From the IMG/VR virus record IMGVR_UViG_3300043447_000658, positions 1-64,000 of that record: a DNA stretch of 64,000 bases. One strand, 5' to 3'. The notes below the pieces were generated by a model. It was not told the DNA's origin. It did no database searches and saw only the letters and a program-made list of their open reading frames with translations. The position numbers were made by a program, and so were the translations under genes. Of the stretch, positions 29,308-38,419 are shown piece after piece (the stretch's first letter is position 1; every line of letters begins with the position of its first letter). This stretch comes from an uncultured virus (IMG/VR IMGVR_UViG_3300043447_000658). Lineage: Duplodnaviria > Heunggongvirae > Uroviricota > Caudoviricetes.

Positions 29308-29569
29308 CGGTTTGTTTTTTAATAATTGTTATGTTTTTTGTAACATTGTTTATGTTATTGTCAACCACGTCGATTTCCTTATCGATGGTAACAATTTGTT
29401 CAGATATTTTTACATTTTCTAACTGAACGGAATCAATCTCATTTTGGATTGAATCGATTTTAGCGTTATAACCTGCAACGTCAGTTTTAATCCCTTTCAT
29501 TTGAAAGATACTATAACCCGCCAGAATTACGATTAAAATCAATAGAATGTCGGTCTTATTAATCTTCAT
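29225..29569 (-). CDS. N-terminal TM plus coiled-coil protein (inner spanin-like candidate)
   Basis: 114 aa; one TM and a heptad pattern. Confidence 0.6.
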   Translation of the reverse strand: MKINKTDILLILIVILAGYSIFQMKGIKTDVAGYNAKIDSIQNEIDSVQLENVKISEQIVTIDKEIDVVDNNINNVTKNITIIKKQTDEKIDSVNNYNFSDLEKFFTDRYKDQY

Positions 29570-29595
29570 ATTATTCTTTTAGTATAAATATGAAG

Positions 29596-29616
29596 AAGGG
29601 GACTATTAGTCCCCTT
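29596..29616. terminator. Hairpin, probable terminator after clpP
   Basis: AAGGGGACTA-T-TAGTCCCCTT. Confidence 0.6.
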
Positions 29617-29621
29617 TTATC

Positions 29622-30299
29622 TTACTTTTGTTTCTTTTTGACTACCTCATCGATTAGTCCGTAATCTAATGCTTCTTGAGCCGATAACCATAAATCCCTT
29701 GTGGCATCGGTTTTGACCTGTTCTGTGGTTTTACCACAATACTGACCCAAGAGTTCAAATAATCTATCATTTTTTCTTTTCCACCAAACCATAGTAATTT
29801 CAGCGTCTTGGATGTTCCCAACAGCACCTCCCGATGATTGGTGTAACATAATCTCAGAATCTTCCAATGAACTACGTTTACCCTTAGTACCTGCCCCCAA
29901 TAGAACTGAACCCATAGACGCCGCCATACCTGTACAAATAGTTCTAATATCTGACTTGATATAATCCATAACGTTTACCATTGATAAACCTGACTTTACA
30001 GACCCGCCAGGACTGTCAATGTGCATTGTAATATCATTATGGTCAATACTGTCCAAGAACATTAATTGAGCTTGTACAACGGTTGACATATGGTCATTTA
30101 CCTCTCCCGCCACCCAAATGATACGTTCCATCATTAAACGAGAGAACACATCCATCGCGGTTACGTTCATTTGTCTCTCCTCCAAAATATAAGGAGTTAA
30201 ACTGTTTTCAATTCCTTTATTGAAATTGTGTAATGTTAGTGAGCTAATCCCACGGTCTTTTGCGTATAGACCAAAGCTGTTGTATTCCTTCGGAGTCAT
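29622..30299 (-). CDS. clpP: ATP-dependent Clp protease proteolytic subunit
   Basis: LTPYILEE...DVFSRLMMERII, DSPGG, GMAASMGS (Ser), IMLHQ (His), RDLW (Asp). Confidence 0.95.
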   Translation of the reverse strand: MTPKEYNSFGLYAKDRGISSLTLHNFNKGIENSLTPYILEERQMNVTAMDVFSRLMMERIIWVAGEVNDHMSTVVQAQLMFLDSIDHNDITMHIDSPGGSVKSGLSMVNVMDYIKSDIRTICTGMAASMGSVLLGAGTKGKRSSLEDSEIMLHQSSGGAVGNIQDAEITMVWWKRKNDRLFELLGQYCGKTTEQVKTDATRDLWLSAQEALDYGLIDEVVKKKQK

Positions 30300-30337
30300 A
30301 ATAAGTTTTTTTATAAAATTAAGAAATTTAAACGAAA

Positions 30338-32674
30338 TTAAGAAATTTTAGTGGTGATAAATTCAACAGAGGATATATTGTCATCTTTTTTAACCATAAT
30401 GATATTGTCGGACCAGTTCCTTATCAGTGGGTTATGAGAAATAACTAATATATGTTCAAAATAATTTTTGATTTTCTTGAAGAATTCCCCTACCATCTCG
30501 AGGTTGTCATCCGCTATCTTACCAAACACCTCGTCCATTACTACAATGTTCGGTTTAGGTAATGATGATATTTTGGTCAATACACTTCTAATCGCTAAAG
30601 ACGATATTGTTCTTTCGTATCCTGAACCGCTTGATAATGGTTTAACCACCCTTGTTTCATTATCAATCATTAAGAACTCCAATTCGTTCTTATCGTTGAT
30701 GTTTAACTCTAAAGTGAAGTAACAACTATCAGATAACAATCTATAAAGTTCCTGATTCAATAATGGAATCATATTTTTAATAATCACTTTTGAGATTCCA
30801 TTCTTACCAAATATAGTTAAGTAAGTTTTGAACACATAGACTAATTCCTCTTCACTTTTAATCTTTTTGATTAGTTCGTTGTTAACTCCAATCTTCTCGT
30901 TAGACGATGTGATGTTTCCGTTATGTCTTTCAATTGATTGATTGGTGACTCTAATGTCGGCATTAGCAGTTTCAATTTTAGTTCTTAATCCCGTAACTTC
31001 AATATCAATCTTTTGATTCTCGTCTAACTTCTTTTTATTGTTATCGTAGTTATTCAACTTCGCTTGTTTTGTATCGATTTCAAGTTGTCTTTGTTCAACT
31101 TCCAATTCAAATCTCGCCTTACGAAGTTTATTTCTTTCGTAATTGTCGAATTCATTTTTAAGAGATTCTAAACCGTCTGATTGTTCTTTCAGTATATTAA
31201 ACTCAGTTTGATTAGATTCAATGTCTCTATCTATTTGTTCAATTTCTTTTTTGATTTGTTCAATCTCATCAGTGTGGTCAACCTCATCTAATGCTCTTTT
31301 ACAAGTTGGACAAATAGTTCCTTCGGTTAATTGTTTAATTAACTTTTCTTTTTCTGATTTCTCATACTTGAGAGCGAACTCAACTCCTTGAAGTTTGGAC
31401 ATTTCACTTTTAAGTTCCTTATGTTGGTCTTCGTGATAATATGATGATGGTTCTTTTACATCCACACCATCTGCACCTGCTTGACTTTGATTTCTTTTAA
31501 GAACTAACGCATCAATTTCACCTTTTAGTAAAGTAGGATTCGTTCTTATTAGTTCTTGGTCAACGTCGTTATTCTTAGAACTTAATTTTTCGTCACGTTT
31601 CTCTTCTAATTTTTTCAGTGACTTTTCGGTTTCTTCTAAAAAAGTTGTTAGTCTTATAATTTCATTCTCCGAGTTAGATATACCTTCCTGTAATGTAACA
31701 TTAGTATCTTCCAAATCTTTTACATTGTACGTGTTTGATACTAATTTCTTAGACCAATCGTTATACATTTCTTTGCAAATATCTTCTTTCTGTTTTAGAC
31801 TTTCTAATCCTAAAAACTTTGTAAGGATTTGACCTCTAGCCGTTGGTTTAGATTCAATTAACTCTTCTAAGTTATACCCTGTTGTTAATATTGTTGATAG
31901 GAAATCTTCTTGACTTCCGATGGCTGACGATATAAATGTTTCAGTTTCTCTTCTTTGTTCACCAGATAAGTTTGAAACTGTTCCATCTTCACTTACTTTA
32001 AAGAATTCTAAATCACTTTTAACATTGTATTCACCCGCTTTAGTTTTCTTTCTCGTAACACTTCTAGAAATAATATAATTTTCTCCATCGATAGTTACAT
32101 AACCTTTTACTTTTACTTCATCCTTATCACTAAATTTATTGAATACTTCAATATTAGTTTTGGTTTTGGTTGTTGCGTTAAAAAATAAAAACATTAATAA
32201 ATCGACAGTTGCTGTTGATTTACCACCAAAGTTTCTTGGTGTTGATTCAACAACAGTGATTCCGTCTAGATTATCAAATTCAATCACATTATCTTCACCA
32301 AAAGATAAAAAGTTAGAGAATTCTACTTTTTTAATAAACCACTTATTGTAACGTACCTTATTTTGATTTGACTTATCTACTTCAGCATTTACCTTATCAT
32401 CTAACCTATTAAGTAAATCCCACTTAACGTTAAGGTCATTCTCAGTAACGAACTCTTTAACAATATTCTTTTGATATTGATGGTCCAAAATACTATCTGT
32501 TGCTTCGAGTGTCCTCAATTGTGTATGGAGAACGTTCGAAACAATCTTTGTTACAATCTTAACATTAGTGGAGTTGTATTTCTTTTCGAAATAACTTTTA
32601 ACTCTCTTGATTCTTTCTTGGGTGAGATTTTCCGGTGTATCTTCCCACTCTACTTTAATAAAAGGATTTGCCAT
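30338..32674 (-). CDS. SbcC/Rad50/gp46-like SMC ATPase with a ~110 aa N-terminal extension
   Basis: NFLSFG, Walker A NFGGKST, zinc hook CPTC, signature SGSGYE, Walker B VVMDE, ISH. Confidence 0.92.
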   Translation of the reverse strand: MANPFIKVEWEDTPENLTQERIKRVKSYFEKKYNSTNVKIVTKIVSNVLHTQLRTLEATDSILDHQYQKNIVKEFVTENDLNVKWDLLNRLDDKVNAEVDKSNQNKVRYNKWFIKKVEFSNFLSFGEDNVIEFDNLDGITVVESTPRNFGGKSTATVDLLMFLFFNATTKTKTNIEVFNKFSDKDEVKVKGYVTIDGENYIISRSVTRKKTKAGEYNVKSDLEFFKVSEDGTVSNLSGEQRRETETFISSAIGSQEDFLSTILTTGYNLEELIESKPTARGQILTKFLGLESLKQKEDICKEMYNDWSKKLVSNTYNVKDLEDTNVTLQEGISNSENEIIRLTTFLEETEKSLKKLEEKRDEKLSSKNNDVDQELIRTNPTLLKGEIDALVLKRNQSQAGADGVDVKEPSSYYHEDQHKELKSEMSKLQGVEFALKYEKSEKEKLIKQLTEGTICPTCKRALDEVDHTDEIEQIKKEIEQIDRDIESNQTEFNILKEQSDGLESLKNEFDNYERNKLRKARFELEVEQRQLEIDTKQAKLNNYDNNKKKLDENQKIDIEVTGLRTKIETANADIRVTNQSIERHNGNITSSNEKIGVNNELIKKIKSEEELVYVFKTYLTIFGKNGISKVIIKNMIPLLNQELYRLLSDSCYFTLELNINDKNELEFLMIDNETRVVKPLSSGSGYERTISSLAIRSVLTKISSLPKPNIVVMDEVFGKIADDNLEMVGEFFKKIKNYFEHILVISHNPLIRNWSDNIIMVKKDDNISSVEFITTKIS

Positions 32675-32675
32675 A

Positions 32676-33635
32676 TTAATTATTTTTTACACAACTGAAT
32701 TTCCAAACCATACAATCAAAAAGGTAACAACCTGAACAACCTAACTCATCATTATAAACTGCATCACCTTCTAATTGTGAGAACGGATAACCTAAGAATT
32801 GTGCATCATACCTAAGTCCTGTCTCTTTGCACTTTTTACAAGCACTTCTTTTTAATTTATTACAATTACCACATAATGGTTGGAAGTCGGATAGGTTTTG
32901 TGTGTCGGAACTCAAAACATTCTCGTCATTATACCTACCATTTTTGTGGTCTATCTCCATTTTCTTTCCCTTCACACCACAATGAGAACATCTACCGTGT
33001 TCTAATGCCTTTCTTATATCTTTACGAATATATCGATTTTTATGTGAATAATCGAAATTATACCCATCAAATTTAAATGCAACCGTTTTCCCCTTATCTC
33101 TAACTAAAGTAAATTTAAAATACTTCTCAACTGTTCTGTTCCAACCTGTTCCGTTGTTTGGGATACAACTATCATCTTTATTGGTTTTACCAAAATCAGG
33201 ATGTTTTTTAATCTCATCAAAAGTTATTAATTCACTAACACCTTCTTCGTTGATTGGATTAAAATGTAGAAGTCTACCTAAGATAGAATTTGATTTGGCG
33301 TTTTTTTCTAAGCTCTTAAAAAACTTTACTCTTTTGTCTTCATCATCAACCTTGTCTTCTTTTGGTGGTTTTATATGTGATTCGTACTTTTCATTTAAGT
33401 ACTCGACAACATTGTCCCACTCTTGTTTTCTGGTTGGTGTTAAATCAAAGAAACTATCTTTATCACCTTTAATAACTTCAACATAAGTGGCGTTCTTTTT
33501 ATCGTTACCACTTTTGATTTTTAAAGATTCAAATAGTTTTGGTTCTCGTAAATAATATTCTTTAGTTACGTAGTAATATAATTCCTTGGGTACTGAATAA
33601 TCAAAAACCCTATAACCAACTTTTTTTAAATTCAT
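32676..33635 (-). CDS. HNH endonuclease resembling the IceA1/NlaIII (CATG) restriction endonuclease family
   Basis: CSHCG...EIDHKNGR...TQNLSDFQPLCGNCNKLKRSACKKCKETGLRYDA...GCSGCYLFD follows the IceA1/NlaIII motif order as I recall it. Confidence 0.75.
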   Translation of the reverse strand: MNLKKVGYRVFDYSVPKELYYYVTKEYYLREPKLFESLKIKSGNDKKNATYVEVIKGDKDSFFDLTPTRKQEWDNVVEYLNEKYESHIKPPKEDKVDDEDKRVKFFKSLEKNAKSNSILGRLLHFNPINEEGVSELITFDEIKKHPDFGKTNKDDSCIPNNGTGWNRTVEKYFKFTLVRDKGKTVAFKFDGYNFDYSHKNRYIRKDIRKALEHGRCSHCGVKGKKMEIDHKNGRYNDENVLSSDTQNLSDFQPLCGNCNKLKRSACKKCKETGLRYDAQFLGYPFSQLEGDAVYNDELGCSGCYLFDCMVWKFSCVKNN

Positions 33636-33638
33636 AGA

Positions 33639-33950
33639 TTACTTTAATCTACTCTCTTCGAAGAATTCGATAATTGAATTAATTGCCCATACAATACCTG
33701 CGGTGAACATACCATCAAAAAAAATCCCAACAAACCAATGTATTCCGAAAATAGGTCCGATTAATCCACCTAACACAATTGACATAAAGAAACCTACCCA
33801 AGTACTTGTACATAATGTACAACCGATTAGGTCTCCAAAAAATTTAGATTTTCTTTTAATGAATTCTCTTGTTGATTCAAATATTGAACCCCAAACTAAA
33901 ATTGAGGTCATTCCATATGCGGCGAATGCCCATAAAATAAGTTTATCCAT
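33639..33950 (-). CDS. Membrane protein, DUF1360-like
   Basis: Three hydrophobic segments with GDLIGCTLCTSTWVG. Confidence 0.6.
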   Translation of the reverse strand: MDKLILWAFAAYGMTSILVWGSIFESTREFIKRKSKFFGDLIGCTLCTSTWVGFFMSIVLGGLIGPIFGIHWFVGIFFDGMFTAGIVWAINSIIEFFEESRLK

Positions 33951-33969
33951 AATGATTTTCTTTGTTATA

Positions 33970-34000
33970 AAAATATAACTAAAAAAATGGATAAATCAAA
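33970..34000 (-). promoter_or_regulatory. Bacteroidota-type -33/-7 promoter upstream of the membrane protein/endonuclease/Rad50 unit
   Basis: TTTG-N19-TATATTTT. Confidence 0.55.
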
Positions 34001-34001
34001 A

Positions 34002-35243
34002 TTAATTACCTACTTTAATGTGTGTGACTTTGGGGTTATTAATTTCCATTACTCTCCACACATCAATAACGATTGACCCATCGGGAAAACCAAAGGTTCT
34101 GAATTGTTCGTGAGGAACTGTAACAATGTAAGTTCCCTTTTCAAAATATGGTTCTATCTCGTCAACGAATGGGTCATAGTGATTAAACTTAATTCCTTGT
34201 TCTGTTAACATATTAGCCAACAACATTGAGGGTGAACCTAATGTTAGGTTTGTATTTTCTTTAAATGTTTTACCCAAGATAGTATAAGGTCCTGGTTGTT
34301 GTGTTAATAATTCAATTAAGAATTCTGTTTGTTCTTCTCTTGCTTCCATAATGTCTTCAAAAAAATTGTGGGATAGATTTAATTTATTAGCCAACCAACT
34401 CATAGCGATATTATCTCTTGGGTGACATCCTCCTCCATCTCCCATCCCTCCATTTAAATATTTGGTAGAAATTAATCTGTTATTTGCCAACTTCAATCCA
34501 CCCATCACCTCGTCCACATTTGCACCTGTTTTGTGACATATTTCCATAATAGTATTGGTGAAGACTATCTTCATACCAATAAAAGTATTATATGAAACTT
34601 TAATTAATTCCGCATTTTTAATAGATGTCTGATAAAAAGGTTTATCGTGTATAGTTCCATAAAAATTCTTAAGTAATTTCGATGCTCTTTTATCTTCGGA
34701 ACCAAACAAAATAAATTCAGGATTTAGGAAGTCTTGGATGGTGGTACCCATTGCAATAAAATATGGGTTATAACATAATATAAAGTTAAAATTATCTTTA
34801 ATAATTGGATAGATTTCTCTTTCAATTGTACCAGGTAAAACCGTTGATATTATTACTACTATCTTTTCATTAGATTGTTTTAATATTTCAGTTGATAGTG
34901 ATTCAATACCTCTTTTTAAAGGTTCGTAATCAAAATCGGCTCTTTCTTCAGGTATTCTTGTACATCCCTCAAATTTATAATCGTGTGGGGTTTGAATTGG
35001 TACAAATATGATGTCACTATTTTTAACGACTTCACTAATGTCACCAAAGTTAATGTTATGTGTTTTTAATAATTCATCGGCACCTTCCTCAAGGTATGTT
35101 AATTTCTTTTTTTCGAGTATTTCTGCAACGTTTTTATCAATATCATATCCCCACACTTGGTGACCTTTGTTGTCAATCGCCAATGCACAAGGTAAACCTA
35201 ATTTACCTAAACCAATAAATCCAATGTTAAACTTATTCGCCAT
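34002..35243 (-). CDS. ugd: UDP-glucose/GDP-mannose dehydrogenase family nucleotide-sugar dehydrogenase
   Basis: GLGKLG Rossmann motif, STVLPGT, AELIK, GGGCHPRD catalytic Cys, FKENT. Confidence 0.88.
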   Translation of the reverse strand: MANKFNIGFIGLGKLGLPCALAIDNKGHQVWGYDIDKNVAEILEKKKLTYLEEGADELLKTHNINFGDISEVVKNSDIIFVPIQTPHDYKFEGCTRIPEERADFDYEPLKRGIESLSTEILKQSNEKIVVIISTVLPGTIEREIYPIIKDNFNFILCYNPYFIAMGTTIQDFLNPEFILFGSEDKRASKLLKNFYGTIHDKPFYQTSIKNAELIKVSYNTFIGMKIVFTNTIMEICHKTGANVDEVMGGLKLANNRLISTKYLNGGMGDGGGCHPRDNIAMSWLANKLNLSHNFFEDIMEAREEQTEFLIELLTQQPGPYTILGKTFKENTNLTLGSPSMLLANMLTEQGIKFNHYDPFVDEIEPYFEKGTYIVTVPHEQFRTFGFPDGSIVIDVWRVMEINNPKVTHIKVGN

Positions 35244-35703
35244 AAAGTGTATTCAAATCGCTATTTTTCATAAACGTTGCCTTGTTAAATTTATTTAACG
35301 CTTCGTTCATTTTATTATTCTCTTCTTTTAGTTTACTAATCTCCTCTCTCAATCTTTCAATTTCAACATTATCTGTTACAGTAACCTCTTTAATAACTTC
35401 TTTAGTTATAATTTGAGTTTCTCCTTTTATTTCAACAGGAACTTCTTTTATAACCTCAACTATTTTCTCGATGGGTATTTCTTTTTCTACAACTCTTTCA
35501 ACAATGACCTCTTTAATTACTTCTTTCTCAACTATCTTTTCACTTCCTTTAATACCATATGGGGTCTCACCATATTTCAATATAGTGAAACCCCTTTGAA
35601 ATGTTTCTTTTGCCAATTTCTCAACATCTTTGATGTCATTCAATCGACAATATTCAAGAAACTCATCACCCAAGGTTAATAAGTTCCTCTTGTTCATTTT
35701 CAA
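35233..35703 (-). CDS. Hypothetical protein with (V/I)xKE(V/I) repeats and a coiled coil
   Basis: 156 aa ORF; start may be the second Met. Confidence 0.7.
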   Translation of the reverse strand: MKMNKRNLLTLGDEFLEYCRLNDIKDVEKLAKETFQRGFTILKYGETPYGIKGSEKIVEKEVIKEVIVERVVEKEIPIEKIVEVIKEVPVEIKGETQIITKEVIKEVTVTDNVEIERLREEISKLKEENNKMNEALNKFNKATFMKNSDLNTLYGE

Positions 35704-36484
35704 TATTGTTTATATCTGTTATCTTAAAATGCATATATGGTTGGTCGTTAGGTAAGTCGTGAAATGTATATTCATTCTTTTCCATATCATAAATTCCATA
35801 ACCGTGATGTTTAATAGTTTCACCAAAGTTTTGTTGAATCAAACTACCAATCATCACCGCTTTACCACCTTCGGGTAATGTAAATGTTTGTCTCTTATGA
35901 ATGTCACCACATAATAATAAATCCAATCCAACAAAGTTTAATTGGTCATATGCATCTTCAAATTCAAACCCCATATCAGTTGATAATCCTTGAATCGGTC
36001 CGTGAAATAACCCAATATGGAATTTACCTTCCATTTTTTCAAATTCAGGTCTTGCATTGTGTTGATATAAAGAATAAACAACCCAATTAACATTCTCGTC
36101 ATTATACACACCACTATCTTTATAATAAGCAATGGTGGGGTCATCCAATAGTTGTACTACCGGTGTAATACTATCCATACGTTGGGTATTGTTCTCTAAG
36201 AAATCGTGATTGCCAGGTATAATCACGACCTTACCATATTTTGATAATTCTTTTAAAAACCAACTTGTTAATAATAGTTGTTCATTAGATATGTTTATCT
36301 TTTGATGTGCAATATCTCCTGCCACAACAATTCTAACTTCTTCATATTGAATACCCTCTTGATTCCATACTATATTATGTTCACGAATTTCGTCAATTAA
36401 TGTTTCAAATTGTTCTTTATACAAATCGTGCAATTGAATTGTGCGAATATGAATGTCAGCAATGTGAATTATTTTCTTAATCAT
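35666..36484 (-). CDS. SbcD/Mre11/gp47-like metallophosphoesterase nuclease (short form)
   Basis: ADIH, AGD, GNHD, FHG, GDIH motifs, GSLIQQNFGE. Confidence 0.92.
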   Translation of the reverse strand: MIKKIIHIADIHIRTIQLHDLYKEQFETLIDEIREHNIVWNQEGIQYEEVRIVVAGDIAHQKINISNEQLLLTSWFLKELSKYGKVVIIPGNHDFLENNTQRMDSITPVVQLLDDPTIAYYKDSGVYNDENVNWVVYSLYQHNARPEFEKMEGKFHIGLFHGPIQGLSTDMGFEFEDAYDQLNFVGLDLLLCGDIHKRQTFTLPEGGKAVMIGSLIQQNFGETIKHHGYGIYDMEKNEYTFHDLPNDQPYMHFKITDINNIENEQEELINLG

Positions 36485-37338
36485 TTTTTAGTGTATTTTG
36501 TTAAATCCATTTGAAGGAGTGTGTTATTAATTTGTGGTGGAACTTTGTATTCAACGAATGTACCGTCTTCTTTTAATAAAACAATCACACATCCCAATAA
36601 TTTGATGTTATCATACTTTGTTCCTTTTAACATTTTAATCAATAACCTTGCATAAAGTGGAAGTTGAATGTAATAGTGACCTAATGCGGTATCGTGATAT
36701 TCTTGGAATGGTGGGTACATTCTACCTGTATAATGTTGTACTTCAAAGTTCTTAGGTTGATTTGTTTTCCAATCGGTAACAACAATTCCAAAGTCCGTAC
36801 CTTCTTTGTTACTCATTAACCATATCTTATCAGGTTGTCCTGTATATCCTAATTCATTATCACCTAAAACAATTTCAGTATCGATAAGAACTGCACCTCT
36901 CTCTAACATTAGGTCGAGAAATTGTTTACCTGCAACAATCATATTGTCACTCTTAGTAAGTTGAGCTTCGTCACATTCAAATATTGGTTTACGAACTTCT
37001 TTGTAGTTTTCAAGTCTCTCAACTAAATCACTCTCCAATTCGAAGTGAACACGACTACCCATATTTGTTGCATATAAACCAGTTGCTTTCCATTGTTCTT
37101 GTAATTCTTTAGCTGCTATGGGGTCCCCATTACACATTCTTAATGAGGTCCCCTCAGCGTCAAATGACTTATGAAATTTCTTAACAACTTTAGATACAGA
37201 TGGGAATGTTTTTCTTAACACACCATTAGTATCCTTCATATAGTAGATGTGCTCTTCTTCTATGAATGACAGTTCTAAATCTTTTCTTCTTTCTTCTAAT
37301 AAATTGTTTATCTCTTTTGAGATTTCTAATAAATTCAT
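36481..37338 (-). CDS. PD-(D/E)XK exonuclease
   Basis: PSVS, GSRVH, GQPD, DWKT, QLPLY motifs. Confidence 0.85.
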   Translation of the reverse strand: MNLLEISKEINNLLEERRKDLELSFIEEEHIYYMKDTNGVLRKTFPSVSKVVKKFHKSFDAEGTSLRMCNGDPIAAKELQEQWKATGLYATNMGSRVHFELESDLVERLENYKEVRKPIFECDEAQLTKSDNMIVAGKQFLDLMLERGAVLIDTEIVLGDNELGYTGQPDKIWLMSNKEGTDFGIVVTDWKTNQPKNFEVQHYTGRMYPPFQEYHDTALGHYYIQLPLYARLLIKMLKGTKYDNIKLLGCVIVLLKEDGTFVEYKVPPQINNTLLQMDLTKYTKK

Positions 37339-37339
37339 A

Positions 37340-38281
37340 TTAATCTAACTGTATTTTTTCGTAATTATCCAATTTACCTTGGAGGTCAGCAATATCCTTA
37401 TCCAATGGTAATTTTATTGTCCACACTTTTCCAAACAATCTACCGCCATTTAGTTTGTGATAAATCTTTTGAGAGTTTTCCCAAGCATCCCCATCTAATA
37501 CTACAACAACACCTAACGCCTTTTCATATAACAGACTAAATAATTTTTCTCCCATAACTTTACCTAACATTGGAATTGAGTTGGGTAAGAAAATACTATC
37601 GAAAGCTCCCTCAACAATATAAATCGGCATAAACCAATCAATTAGATATTCGTTGAATATTATAATTTCTTTTTGTGCTTCGGGGTTTTTGTATTTGAAT
37701 TTAGTCTTTGCTTCATACGACCTTGCAATGAAATAATTTAATCTATTTTCGGCATCATATGAAGGGATTATAATTCTATTCGCATATGGACCCTTATAAC
37801 AAAATCCGATGTTATATTTTGTTAACATATCATCGGTTATATTTCTTTTACGAACATAGTTTAGTGCCGTCTTGTAATAGTGTGTTAGTTTTAAACCAGC
37901 ACTAACTTTAGAAAATGGAATAAATTCATCAGGTAATTTAACTGCTTTAAAATTTGGTTTACCGTTTTCAAAACTTTCTTCGGGTACTAATAACTCGTAT
38001 CTTTTTAAATGTTTGGTTGTTCCATATTTTTTAATTAATTTATGTAATGAACCGTGAGTGTAGTTCACTTCACTACAAGCCCAACATTTATAAACGTTGT
38101 GTCTATAATTAACCTCTAAATTACCTTTACCATCTCCGTGGTCCAAACCTTTTAACTCATATGAACAAACAGGACAATCGAATGACATCTGACCTTTATA
38201 GTCATTATGCATACGATGGTCACCTAGAATATCTTCTAGTATTTCGATAATTGGTTCATAATCATCATTAGATACACCCAT
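37340..38281 (-). CDS. DnaG-like DNA primase
   Basis: Zn finger CPVC...CWAC, RIIIP, YKNP, Toprim VEGAFD and LDGDA; start reassigned to MGVS at 38281. Confidence 0.88.
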   Translation of the reverse strand: MGVSNDDYEPIIEILEDILGDHRMHNDYKGQMSFDCPVCSYELKGLDHGDGKGNLEVNYRHNVYKCWACSEVNYTHGSLHKLIKKYGTTKHLKRYELLVPEESFENGKPNFKAVKLPDEFIPFSKVSAGLKLTHYYKTALNYVRKRNITDDMLTKYNIGFCYKGPYANRIIIPSYDAENRLNYFIARSYEAKTKFKYKNPEAQKEIIIFNEYLIDWFMPIYIVEGAFDSIFLPNSIPMLGKVMGEKLFSLLYEKALGVVVVLDGDAWENSQKIYHKLNGGRLFGKVWTIKLPLDKDIADLQGKLDNYEKIQLD

Positions 38282-38308
38282 AAGAAAAATATAAGGAAAA
38301 AAAAGGAG

Positions 38309-38341
38309 AAAAAAAAATCCCTCGGACACCACTCCGAGGGA
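38309..38341 (-). terminator. Strong intrinsic terminator
   Basis: TCCCTCGGA-N6-TCCGAGGGA followed by a U-run on the minus strand. Confidence 0.85.
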
Positions 38342-38381
38342 ACACCAACCAAACGTGGATTTTAACCCACGTCCCGTCCTA
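38309..38381 (-). ncRNA. Candidate small RNA of about 70 nt
   Basis: GC-rich two-hairpin element between a TATTTAT motif (38385-38391) and a terminator, with no ORF inside. Confidence 0.4.
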
Positions 38382-38419
38382 TTAATAAATATAGAATAAT
38401 AAAATTCTAAAGTGAAATA

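Noticed and set aside
36481..37338. Possible Cas4
   Set aside because: No four-Cys Fe-S pattern and no CRISPR context; generic PD-(D/E)XK nuclease
38282..38332. N-terminal extension MVSEGFFFLL... of the primase ORF
   Set aside because: Runs through the terminator stem and U-tract; the ATG at 38281 is more plausible
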